A stretch of 64,000 nucleotides of DNA, from NCBI GenBank assembly GCA_018817585.1, contig JAHITE010000125.1:12580-76579 (forward strand), given 5' to 3'. Origin of the DNA: Candidatus Omnitrophota bacterium. GTDB taxonomy: Bacteria; Omnitrophota; Gorgyraeia; B26-G9. A program made the position numbers and the translations under genes. Shown piece after piece: positions 40,937 through 50,310 of this stretch; positions within the stretch are counted from its first letter, which is position 1; every line of letters starts with the position of its first letter. A model generated the notes under the pieces. The model had not been told where the DNA came from. It made no database searches and saw only the letters and a list, made by a program, of their open reading frames with translations.

Positions 40937-42754
40937 ATGTGTTCTAGTTGGAGGACGAGTTTTTTTGTAGTTGGTGTTATTTTTTTGATTAAGATTAATC
41001 TTTGTTTTGGAGAAAATAAGCAAAATCAGGATTATTATCTTGAGCCGGTAGTGGTCTATCCGTCCATACTTAATGAATATTACTCAAATTCATTGCGCCA
41101 TATGGAATATCGGGAAGAGATTGATCTTCTTGTTGACCAAGATTTGAAAAAAGTTCCCTTTGCTGATATTCAGACCCGAGGCCCTTTTTCTGTTCAGGCG
41201 GACTTGCAGATGCGCGGAGCAAGTTTTGAACAAACCGATGTTTTAATTGACGGAATTAAAGTTAATGATCCTCAGACTGGCCACTTTAATCTGGATATTC
41301 CTTTTTCCAGTGAAGATATTGATAAAATAATTCTAATCCCCGGGCCTGCGGCAGTAATCAATGGCGCTGGCCGTCCTGGCGGTTCAGTGCATATTATCAC
41401 TAAACAGCCGCAAGGGGAGTTGATTAAGGCAAAAGCGGTTTTTGGCGAAAATAGTTTTTTATCGCGGCAGCTTTCGGTTGAGCAGCCATTTGCTAATGTT
41501 AATACGCGCACCACTATTAGCCAAAGTTCCTCATCTGGGTATAGAGAAAATACTGATTTTGATATTATGAATTTTTCGCATATTAGTTGTTTGGAAAGCG
41601 GATATGGTGATGTGCAATTTAATTTTGGTATTTTGGATAAGGAATTCGGGGCTAATGGTTTTTATTCAGAGTTTTACCCCAATCAGCGGGAACATACAAA
41701 AACGGCTTTTGGCAGTATCGGGATTAAATCAGAGTATGCTGATTTTTATATTAATCCGCAGATTTATATCCGCAGACAAAGAGATCGGTTTTTATTGGAT
41801 AAGACTAATCCCGCGTTTTATGAAAATATTCATTTGAATTATGTCAAAGGAGTAAAAGTCGATACTGTGGGAGTCTGGGCCCAAGGCAAAGTCTTTGCCG
41901 GGGTTGATACAGCGTTAGAAAGCATTGATAGCAGTAATTTAAAGCAGCATGATCGTCAGCGAAACATGGTTTATACTGCTTACAGCGCGAGACTTGATCA
42001 ATGGCTTTTTTCTTTGGGGCTTAACGGTTATTTTTATCAGGGGTTTGAAAATCAGGTAAATCCAGACGTTAGTATTGGTTATTATCTTAATGATTTTATG
42101 AAATTAAGGTCAGCTTTCAGCCAATCATTTAGAGTTCCGACTTTTACCGAACTTTATTATCAGAGCCCGTCAAATATTGGTAATGAGCATTTAGCAGCAG
42201 AGCGTTTCAATAATTATGAAATTGGCATGGATTATACACAGCCTAATTATTTAGTTTCTTTAACTTATTTTAAACAGGAAGGTAAAGATCTTATTGATTG
42301 GGTGCGTACTCCCGCGGCAACAGTGTATAATATTATGAATATAAACAGAGTGGACACAAATGGATTCCAAGCGGATTTAAGGATTTATCCCAAAGACATG
42401 CAGATGAGTTTAAAACGCTGGCAGGAAATATATTTGGGGTACGCGTTTGTCGGTCGAGAGCAAAAAGAAAATGGATTGATTTCCAAATATATTTTTGATT
42501 ATTTAGAACATAAATTTGTCGGAGGAGTGATTAATTCGCTTCCTTATGGAATCAGCGCGGATAGTAGTATTCTTTATCTGCAGCGTTCAGATAAAGGCGG
42601 AGATTTTATTGTTAACAGTAAATTTGATAAAATAATAAGTAATTATAAGGTTTTTGTCAAAGTCGACAATGTTTTCAATCATGCTTACGCGGAAAAAGGC
42701 AATATTCCGATGCCTGGGCGCTGGTTTTTTGCCGGAGTAGAAGCCCAATGGTAA
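40937..42754 (+). CDS. TonB-dependent receptor
   Basis: TonB-box-like EPVVV, plug RGASFEQTDVLIDG, FRVPTFTELY, PGRWFF..EAQW end. Confidence 0.88.
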   Translation: MCSSWRTSFFVVGVIFLIKINLCFGENKQNQDYYLEPVVVYPSILNEYYSNSLRHMEYREEIDLLVDQDLKKVPFADIQTRGPFSVQADLQMRGASFEQTDVLIDGIKVNDPQTGHFNLDIPFSSEDIDKIILIPGPAAVINGAGRPGGSVHIITKQPQGELIKAKAVFGENSFLSRQLSVEQPFANVNTRTTISQSSSSGYRENTDFDIMNFSHISCLESGYGDVQFNFGILDKEFGANGFYSEFYPNQREHTKTAFGSIGIKSEYADFYINPQIYIRRQRDRFLLDKTNPAFYENIHLNYVKGVKVDTVGVWAQGKVFAGVDTALESIDSSNLKQHDRQRNMVYTAYSARLDQWLFSLGLNGYFYQGFENQVNPDVSIGYYLNDFMKLRSAFSQSFRVPTFTELYYQSPSNIGNEHLAAERFNNYEIGMDYTQPNYLVSLTYFKQEGKDLIDWVRTPAATVYNIMNINRVDTNGFQADLRIYPKDMQMSLKRWQEIYLGYAFVGREQKENGLISKYIFDYLEHKFVGGVINSLPYGISADSSILYLQRSDKGGDFIVNSKFDKIISNYKVFVKVDNVFNHAYAEKGNIPMPGRWFFAGVEAQW

Positions 42755-42909
42755 TTTCTTCGGAAATAATTATAAAAAGAGATAGCTTTATCCGAGTAGT
42801 GTTTTATTATATAATTTTAATAAGCGGCTTGAAATACTTAGTAAGTATTTATAATGCCAGCTAAAATAGGGCAGGATTTAAAATTATTGATAATAGAAAG
42901 TGAGCAATT

Positions 42910-43944
42910 ATGAAAAACATAATAACCGGGTTTTTGCCGGATGAATTTAAGGGATTACTTGTAAAATTTAAGCAGCCGTTATATCGGGCTACTCAGATAT
43001 TAGAATGGATTTATAAAAAAAAGGTAATTTCATTTAGCGAAATGACTAATCTCTCCAAAGATTTAAAACAGATTTTAGACGATAAGCTGGAAATTCTGGC
43101 TTTAAAACAGCTGCTTAAACTTAAATCCAAGAAGGATAATACTGTAAAATATGCTTTTAATACCAATGATCGGCAAATAATCGAAAGCGTCTTTATTCCC
43201 ACTCAAAAAAGAGCAACGATTTGCATTTCGACTCAGGCAGGGTGTGCTTATGGCTGTATTTTTTGCGCCAGCGGTAAAAAGGGATTTAAACGGAATTTAA
43301 CTGTTGCGGAAATAGTCGGGCAAGTTCTCTTGGTAAAAAACGATAATCCGGAAAGGCAAATAACCAATATTGTTATTATGGGTATGGGCGAGCCATTGGC
43401 TAATTACGCGAATACAATAAAATCCTTAAAAATATTTAATAGCCCGGATTGTTTTGGTATTGGCGCAAGAAAGATTACGCTTTCAACTTGCGGGCTGTGT
43501 CCGCAAATTATCGATCTGGCTAAAGAGGGAATACAAATTGAACGTTCAATTTCTTTACATGCCGCGGAAGATAAATTGCGCAGTAAACTCATGCCGATTA
43601 ATCGGAAATATCCGCTTAATGAGCTGATTAAAACCGTAAAAAAATATACGCAGGAAGCGAATCGGATTGTTACCTTTGAATATATTATTATTAACGCGAT
43701 TAATGATTCCAAGGAAGACGCGCTAAAATTAAGCAAATTGCTTAAAGGTTTTCAAGCTAAAGTTAATATAATTCCCTTTAATCCGGTTCAGGCTGTGGAT
43801 TATCTGCCGGTTACAAAAGAAGCTTTGGAAGCTTTTTGTGAGGTGCTGGAAAAAAACAAAACAAATTATACGATTCGCCGTTCAAGAGGCAGTGATATTC
43901 AAGGCGCCTGCGGACAGCTTAGAGCCAGCTTAGAAAAGAACTAA
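42910..43944 (+). CDS. rlmN: 23S rRNA/tRNA m2A radical SAM methyltransferase
   Basis: CAYGCIFC, MGMGEP, SLHA, GACGQL. Confidence 0.95.
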   Translation: MKNIITGFLPDEFKGLLVKFKQPLYRATQILEWIYKKKVISFSEMTNLSKDLKQILDDKLEILALKQLLKLKSKKDNTVKYAFNTNDRQIIESVFIPTQKRATICISTQAGCAYGCIFCASGKKGFKRNLTVAEIVGQVLLVKNDNPERQITNIVIMGMGEPLANYANTIKSLKIFNSPDCFGIGARKITLSTCGLCPQIIDLAKEGIQIERSISLHAAEDKLRSKLMPINRKYPLNELIKTVKKYTQEANRIVTFEYIIINAINDSKEDALKLSKLLKGFQAKVNIIPFNPVQAVDYLPVTKEALEAFCEVLEKNKTNYTIRRSRGSDIQGACGQLRASLEKN

Positions 43945-43948
43945 TACT

Positions 43949-44455
43949 ATGTCAATTCACTATATAATCGATGGTTATAATGTTATAAAACAAGTTTCTT
44001 TTTTAACCGGGAAAAAACTGCGTTCCGGCAGAGAAGGATTGGTTAAATTTATTGAACGTTATCGGCCGCAGGGCAGCAGTCGTAATGCAGTTACTCTTGT
44101 GTTTGATGGTCAGGCTGATGTTTCTAGTCCGCAGCTTATTTCATTGATTAAGGTGATTTTCAGTAAAGGGGAATCTGCGGATGCGAAGATTAAAAGAATG
44201 GTTGAGCGGTCAAAAAATCCGAAGCAGATAGTTGTCGTTACGGACGATAAGGAAATAATGTTTTATTGCCGGTCAATTGGGGCAACTGTTAGTTCGGTAA
44301 GAGCTTTTATAAATAATTCATATAGGGCGAAGAAATCGGAATGTGTAGAGGAGCAAGAGGATAAGCCGGAATTAGACAGCGCTATTGCTATGCGGATCAC
44401 GGAAGATTTGAAAAAGCTTTGGGTAAAAGACGTCGAAAAGGAAAGTTTGTACTGA
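43949..44455 (+). CDS. NYN/YacP-like PIN ribonuclease
   Basis: IIDGYNV, LVFDG, ESADAKI, VVTDD. Confidence 0.88.
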   Translation: MSIHYIIDGYNVIKQVSFLTGKKLRSGREGLVKFIERYRPQGSSRNAVTLVFDGQADVSSPQLISLIKVIFSKGESADAKIKRMVERSKNPKQIVVVTDDKEIMFYCRSIGATVSSVRAFINNSYRAKKSECVEEQEDKPELDSAIAMRITEDLKKLWVKDVEKESLY

Positions 44456-44509
44456 AAAACAGTCACAAAGACACAGGACACAAAGTAACAAGCATATTGC
44501 GTGAGAGAT

Positions 44510-44608
44510 CGTAGGGGGGCTTGCCTCCTCCCGTAATTTGTCAATAATCAATATCCCATTTTTAATAAATTTATATTATCACGGGCCGACGCAAGGCCGG
44601 CCCCTACG
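44510..44608. repeat. Inverted pair of GTAG-type REP sequences (REPIN-like)
   Basis: CGTAGGGGGGCTTGCCTCCTCCCGT on + and CGTAGGGGCCGGCCTTGCGTCGGCCCGT on -, with an AT-rich spacer. Confidence 0.75.
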
Positions 44609-44646
44609 TCAATGATATTTTTGGATTAACGCGATACGGAAATAAT

Positions 44647-45936
44647 ATGAATAAGTATGATGTTATTGTTATTGGCGGAGGCCCGGCAGGAATGATTGCC
44701 GCCGGAACCGCTGGTAAATTTAAAAAGTCAGTTATCCTTTTAGAACGGAATAATGTTTTGGGAGTAAAATTGCGGATTACCGGCAATGGCCGCTGCAATT
44801 TTACAAATAAAATGCCTTTGAATAGATTTCAAGATTATTATGTGGATAATCCGAAATTTTTGCATAATGCGTTTAATAAATTTTTTAATCATGATTTGAT
44901 TAAATTTTTTGAACTATTGGGAGTTAGAACCAAAGTTGAAAATAATGGCAGAGTATTTCCGCTAAGTGATCAGTCTGCTGATATTATTCAAGCTTTGGAG
45001 CTATATTTGCAAAATAATAAAGTTCAGGTCGCCTGTCGAAGTTTAGTAACTGATATTATTGTGGAAAATAATCAGGTTGCTGGGGTTAAACTATCCGGAG
45101 AGGAAACGGTTAAAGCCGGAAAAGTTATTATTGCTACTGGCGGTAAAAGCTATCCTAATTTGGGTTCTAATGGTTCAGCGTATTCATGGGCTTTGAAAAC
45201 AGGGCATAATATTATTCTACCCCGGCCCGGTCTTTCCGGCATTCAAATTAAAGAATTATGGGTGAAAGGACTTCAGGGGATTAGTCTGAATCAAATCGGC
45301 ATCAGCCTGTATGTGAACGCAAAGAAAAAAAAACAGATAAGCGCGGATTTGGTATTTGCCCATTATGGGATTTCCGGCCCAGGCGCGTTTGATTTAAGCG
45401 CTGATGTGGGAGATTGCTTGGTAAAGGGAAGCGTGGTTTTATGTTTGGACCTGTTTCCGGAAATTAATGAATCGCAGGTTATGGAAAAATTGGATGATAT
45501 AATTGCTAAAAGCCCGGGATGTATGTGCAAAAATCTGGCATTTAATGAAGTTCCGAAGAAGCTAATTGCTGTATGTCATGATTTAGCAGGTATTAACGCG
45601 AGTAAACCTCTAAGTCAGTTGAGTAAAAAGGAAAAAAGAAGCTTGATAAATATCTTTAAACAGGTACAATTAACAGTACAAAGCCTAAGGCCATTAAAAG
45701 AAGCCATGGTTACCAGAGGCGGAATCTCGGTTAAGCAGATAAACCCGGCAACCATGGAATCAAGAATTGTAAGCGGTCTGTATTTTTGTGGTGAGTTAAT
45801 TGATATTAGTGGACTAAGCGGAGGGTTTAATCTGCAAGCAGCGTTTTCTACTGGTTATTTGGCTGGGCTGGGAGCCGCGGTTGAGCCGAAAATAGAAGAT
45901 AGAAAACCGATGGATGAGGGACGATCGCTGCGCTAG
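44647..45936 (+). CDS. HI0933/BaiN family flavoprotein
   Basis: GGGPAG, TGNGRCN, ATGGKSYP, GISGP, VTRGG, GGFNLQAA. Confidence 0.92.
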   Translation: MNKYDVIVIGGGPAGMIAAGTAGKFKKSVILLERNNVLGVKLRITGNGRCNFTNKMPLNRFQDYYVDNPKFLHNAFNKFFNHDLIKFFELLGVRTKVENNGRVFPLSDQSADIIQALELYLQNNKVQVACRSLVTDIIVENNQVAGVKLSGEETVKAGKVIIATGGKSYPNLGSNGSAYSWALKTGHNIILPRPGLSGIQIKELWVKGLQGISLNQIGISLYVNAKKKKQISADLVFAHYGISGPGAFDLSADVGDCLVKGSVVLCLDLFPEINESQVMEKLDDIIAKSPGCMCKNLAFNEVPKKLIAVCHDLAGINASKPLSQLSKKEKRSLINIFKQVQLTVQSLRPLKEAMVTRGGISVKQINPATMESRIVSGLYFCGELIDISGLSGGFNLQAAFSTGYLAGLGAAVEPKIEDRKPMDEGRSLR

Positions 45937-45957
45937 GACGATGGATGAGAAAGCAAA
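45894..45957 (+). repeat. Heptamer-period repeat tract, copy 2, overlapping the gene end
   Basis: Aligns over ~65 nt with 20299-20364 and contains the TAG stop of the flavoprotein. Confidence 0.75.
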
Positions 45958-46051
45958 AAAAGAGGGTTTAGCGATTAGAGATTATGCAAAGCAGAACTCG
46001 TAAACGCGTTAACACGCAAACGCGAAATAATATGGAGAATAATTTTTAGCA

Positions 46052-46360
46052 ATGAGCAGAACCGGTCATCCTTTATTTCTTTTAGGTAAAGTTGCCTATT
46101 ATATCGGCATTCTTTTGCTGTTTAATTTCTTTTTTGGTCTTATTTTTTTAAGATTTTTTGTCTGGCTGATTGCCGGCGGCATTCTTATTTTTTTATTGTT
46201 GGGAGCAATGATGCTGGGAAAAAATATGTTATTTGGCACAAAAGTTAACGCAGCCAGCAATCAGGAAAATACATATAAACCTGATCAGCAATCAAGCAAA
46301 GCGAATAATGATGTGATCGATGTCGAAGCCGAGATATTTGACGATAATAAGCAAAATTAA
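46052..46360 (+). CDS. Small membrane protein
   Basis: Two TM helices and a C-terminal DVIDVEAE motif; GGAG SD. Confidence 0.7.
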   Translation: MSRTGHPLFLLGKVAYYIGILLLFNFFFGLIFLRFFVWLIAGGILIFLLLGAMMLGKNMLFGTKVNAASNQENTYKPDQQSSKANNDVIDVEAEIFDDNKQN

Positions 46361-46379
46361 ATCAGTGCTTTTTACTAAA

Positions 46380-46408
46380 TTGACAAATAGGATGATTAAA
46401 GATAATAT
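46380..46408 (+). promoter_or_regulatory. Putative sigma70 promoter
   Basis: TTGACA-17 nt-TAATAT. Confidence 0.5.
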
Positions 46409-46466
46409 AATTACAAGAATTTATATCAGATAAGATTTATTTTAGTAAAGGATAGGGGATTTTTCC

Positions 46467-47150
46467 ATGGAAAGGATAGGGGTTTTATTTCTAGCGATTT
46501 TGCTTTTGTTTGCTCCGAATTCCAGCGCGATCCCATCAGAAGGTAATTTCTTTCCGGAATTAAATGAAACGCTTTGGGCAATTCAGTCGAATAATATCTT
46601 TTTGCGCGATTTTAATAAGGTAGAAGGTAAAGCCAGTACTGCGCAGTGTTTTGTTCAGGCAAGCTACGGGATAAGTGAACGATTTTTTTTAGACGGTAAG
46701 GTTGGTATCGGGAATGTATCCTTTAATGTTCAGGATGGGGTTAATCTGGATTTTCACAATGGTTTTGCCGGTGGATACGGGGTTCGTTATATTGCGCATG
46801 AAAACAAAAAGAAAAATATTAAATCGATTTTTGGGTTTCAACACATAAGTTGTCATCCGTTTAAAGATAAGGTTAATGATGTTCAGTATCGAGTGATCTG
46901 GGATGAATGGCAGGGAACATGGCTGTTTATAAAGGAATATGAAAAAGCGTCGGTATATATCGGACCGCAATACAGTGCCGCGCAGCTTAAATATAAAGTT
47001 GATTCTTTCCGCAGACGTTTGAAATCTGAAGATAATTGGGGTATGTTGGTTGGCGGTAATTACAATGTTAATAAAAATCTGATGATTCAGGCTGAAGTTA
47101 GATTATTTGATGAATGGGCTTTGAATTTTGGAATAAGCCATAAATTTTAG
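46467..47150 (+). CDS. Small outer-membrane beta-barrel protein
   Basis: Signal peptide, amphipathic strands, terminal FGISHKF. Confidence 0.7.
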   Translation: MERIGVLFLAILLLFAPNSSAIPSEGNFFPELNETLWAIQSNNIFLRDFNKVEGKASTAQCFVQASYGISERFFLDGKVGIGNVSFNVQDGVNLDFHNGFAGGYGVRYIAHENKKKNIKSIFGFQHISCHPFKDKVNDVQYRVIWDEWQGTWLFIKEYEKASVYIGPQYSAAQLKYKVDSFRRRLKSEDNWGMLVGGNYNVNKNLMIQAEVRLFDEWALNFGISHKF

Positions 47151-47161
47151 AAGGGTTTGGT

Positions 47162-47833
47162 ATGATTAAAAATTTGCGATTCAAAAAAATGCGTTTATGG
47201 GCGAGTTATCCTTTTGCCGCGGTATATCTGATATTTGTCTATAAATACGGTATTGTGGTTAATCCCGGACTGGGAGTTATTATCGCGGGTCTTTTAATTC
47301 GGTTTTGGGCTGCCGGCTATATTAAAAAAATCCGAAAATTAACCACTTCCGGGCCTTATGCTTTTGTGCGTAATCCTTTGTATGTGGGAAATTTTTTAAT
47401 GGGATTAGGGTTTTGTCTGTTTGTGAATAATATTTATTTATCAATAATTTATACGCTTTTATTTACCTTCTTTTATTTAGGAACAATGAAAAAAGAGGAG
47501 ATACTGCTTACGCAATTATTTGGAAATGATTATATCGAGTATAAACAGGCGGTTCCGGCTTTTTTTCCCAGACTTAAACCCTATAAATCCAAAGATCCAA
47601 TCAGATTTAGTTTAGCGCAAGCTCATTTTAACGGAGAGCTGATTCGGGTGCTGGTAACCGGAGCTTTACTATGCCTGCTGTACTTTTTTTATTATTTTTT
47701 CAAAGAAAATAGTTTGGATTCAAAAGATATGAAGTATGTTGGTTCGCTTTTAATTGTCCAGGTTTTATTGCTCCTGTTCACAATCGCGCACAGAAGAAAA
47801 TTTGTGAAGCAGGAATCAGAAAAATTAGCATAA
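47162..47833 (+). CDS. ICMT/PEMT-family membrane methyltransferase
   Basis: LTTSGPYAFVRNPLYVG, EE..L..FG..Y..Y...VPAFFP. Confidence 0.88.
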   Translation: MIKNLRFKKMRLWASYPFAAVYLIFVYKYGIVVNPGLGVIIAGLLIRFWAAGYIKKIRKLTTSGPYAFVRNPLYVGNFLMGLGFCLFVNNIYLSIIYTLLFTFFYLGTMKKEEILLTQLFGNDYIEYKQAVPAFFPRLKPYKSKDPIRFSLAQAHFNGELIRVLVTGALLCLLYFFYYFFKENSLDSKDMKYVGSLLIVQVLLLLFTIAHRRKFVKQESEKLA

Positions 47834-47870
47834 TTTACTTGAATAAAAAAACAACGAAACTGTGACAATT

Positions 47871-49556
47871 ATGCGAAAAATCTGGAAAACCAAACCCAAA
47901 ATTAATGAAGAATGTAAATTGCTTGCCGAGAAATCAGGTATTTCGCTGATCCTTGCCCAGATTTTAATCAATCGCGGTATTCATAGTCCGGCTGATGCTA
48001 AAAAATATTTAAATTGTGATTTAAATGATACGCATGATCCTTTTTTATTAAAAGATATGCCTCTGGCAGTAAAACATATTAAGAACGCGATTAAGCTTAA
48101 AAAAAACATTTTTGTTTATGGTGACTATGATGTCGATGGTTTAACCAGCTGCGCGGTTTTGTCTAATGTTCTTAAGCAGTTAGGCGCTAATGTATCATGT
48201 TATATTCCGCACAGAGTTGATGAGGGTTATGGTTTAAATAAACAGGCTTGCGCGCGAATAAAACAGCAGGGAGCTGATCTGCTGATTACAGTTGATTGCG
48301 GTATCAGTGCTTTTGAACAAGTTGCTTATTCGCATTCTATAGATTTAGAAGTGATCATTACCGACCATCATCAGCCGGTGGGTAAAAAAGTGCCGCGGGC
48401 ATTGGCAGTGATTAATCCTTTTCAGGCTGGCTGTGATTATCCGTATAAGCATTTGGCTGGAGTGGGAATTGCCTATAAGCTGGCTTGTGCCTTGGTTGGC
48501 CCAGAACAGGATATATCAGAAAATTTAGACTTAGTGGCTTTGGGTACAATTTGTGATGTTGCTTTGCTTACTGGAGAAAATAGGATTCTGGTTAAACATG
48601 GGCTGGAAAAGCTTTCCCAAACAAAGCGGATTGGCCTGCAGGCGCTGAAAGATGTAGCCGGGATTAATAATAAAAAAGTAGAAGCGTATCATGTTGGTTT
48701 TATCCTCGGACCAAGAATAAACGCGACTGGCCGGATGGGCTCAGCGGAAAAAGCCTTGGAGCTGTTATTATCCGCTGATTATAGCCAGGCGATTGTTTTA
48801 GCTCAGGGGCTGGATAATGAGAATAAACAAAGGCAGAAAGAAGAAGCCAAAACTTTACGTCAAGCTTTGGCAATGATCGATAAAGAAATAAATTTTAAAA
48901 CTGATAAGGCTGTTGTTTTGCACAATGATGCCTGGCATCCGGGAGTGATCGGGATTGTCGCTTCCCGGATTACGGAACGCTTTTATCGGCCGACAATATT
49001 AATTTCCACAAAAGATGAAATCGCTAAAGGGTCAGGACGTTCCATCCGCAATTTTCATCTTTTTGAAACAATCGCTCAATGTGATCATTTGCTGGAAGGC
49101 TTTGGCGGTCATGAAAAAGCCGCTGGGCTGAGTATTCTAAAACATAATATTGAAAGCTTTAAACAGTCTTTTAATCAGATGGCCAGTTCGAGTTTATTGC
49201 CTGAAGATATGATGCCGATGATTGCTATTGATATGCAAATACCATTAAGCGCTTTAACTGAAACCTTGATCAATGAAATAGAAAAATGCGCGCCTTTTGG
49301 TATGGGTAATACCCGGCCTTTGTTTTCTTCAGTTGATCTGAAATTAAAGGGCAGTCCCAAAGTCCTCCGAGCCAATGGATTTAAAATGTGGATAACTGAT
49401 GGCCAGGTTACCTGCGAAGCCTTGGCTAGTAATTTCATGGATATTGATATTAACCATATTCAGGATGGTTTTTCGATTGTTTACTCTCCTTCAATAAATG
49501 ATTGGCAAGGAATTCATACTATTCAATTAAAGCTTAAAGATATGCAGTTTTCTTAA
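47871..49556 (+). CDS. recJ: ssDNA exonuclease RecJ
   Basis: GDYDVDG, TVDCG, TDHH, GSGRS, GGHEKAAG. Confidence 0.96.
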   Translation: MRKIWKTKPKINEECKLLAEKSGISLILAQILINRGIHSPADAKKYLNCDLNDTHDPFLLKDMPLAVKHIKNAIKLKKNIFVYGDYDVDGLTSCAVLSNVLKQLGANVSCYIPHRVDEGYGLNKQACARIKQQGADLLITVDCGISAFEQVAYSHSIDLEVIITDHHQPVGKKVPRALAVINPFQAGCDYPYKHLAGVGIAYKLACALVGPEQDISENLDLVALGTICDVALLTGENRILVKHGLEKLSQTKRIGLQALKDVAGINNKKVEAYHVGFILGPRINATGRMGSAEKALELLLSADYSQAIVLAQGLDNENKQRQKEEAKTLRQALAMIDKEINFKTDKAVVLHNDAWHPGVIGIVASRITERFYRPTILISTKDEIAKGSGRSIRNFHLFETIAQCDHLLEGFGGHEKAAGLSILKHNIESFKQSFNQMASSSLLPEDMMPMIAIDMQIPLSALTETLINEIEKCAPFGMGNTRPLFSSVDLKLKGSPKVLRANGFKMWITDGQVTCEALASNFMDIDINHIQDGFSIVYSPSINDWQGIHTIQLKLKDMQFS

Positions 49557-49755
49557 AGCAGTTAATAACCGCGCTGTCTTTGTTTTAAAAAGTATCTTAT
49601 TTTTAACTAAATTATTTATCCGCGTTTTTCGCTTAAAAAGTCCGCGCTAATCCTCTGGCAGTAAAAACAATAATTTGTTTAAATGAATAATATGTTGAAA
49701 TTAAAAGCATTATGATCGAAAAAATCTAAGTGTATATAGCAAAAATAGATATTTT

Positions 49756-50090
49756 ATGGTATACTTTAGAATCTTTTTTAAAGACCTTTTTAATGGTCTG
49801 AAAAAGATTTTGGCTTAAACACAAATCCTGCGCAAGTATATCCGGGACTTTGGGTTGGAAGCACTAAAGACGCTCTTTACGCGCAAAGATATGTCTTTGA
49901 TAGTATTCTCAATGTTGCTCAGGAGTTTGATCTTAAAATTTCTGAAGAGGACATTCTTGAAAGCGTGAAGTGGATTAAAAAACAACTTAATTTGGATAAA
50001 AAATTGCTTGTTCATTGCTGTGTAGGTATTGCCAGAGTAGTTTCAATTGTAATCGCGTAATATATGCGCAAAATTTTTAGGCAAGTGTAG
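49756..50090 (+). pseudogene. Decayed dual-specificity protein phosphatase
   Basis: Frame 49794-50060 reads QVYPGLWVGS...ILNVA...KKLLVHCCVGIARVVSIVIA-stop-YM; no in-frame ATG, and the ATG at 49756 is in another frame. Confidence 0.7.
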
Positions 50091-50310
50091 CTCAAATAAA
50101 AAGTGAAATAGTTCGAAATCTTAAGAAATATACTATTATACCGCAGAGAGCTCTGGAGCAAAGTCTTTTGAATTTGTTTCATGTTCCGGAGTTTATACAT
50201 GATACAGGAGCTCATATAGAGATGAAAACTAATAGGCTAATAAATCGAATGAGAAATAGTGTTGTTAGCGGGTATTTAGTATAAAAAACGGATAGGGTAT
50301 CAAAAATCTA

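Noticed and set aside
49815-50215. Two minus-strand ORFs (66 and 67 aa)
   Set aside because: No recognisable features; the plus strand carries the phosphatase remnant.
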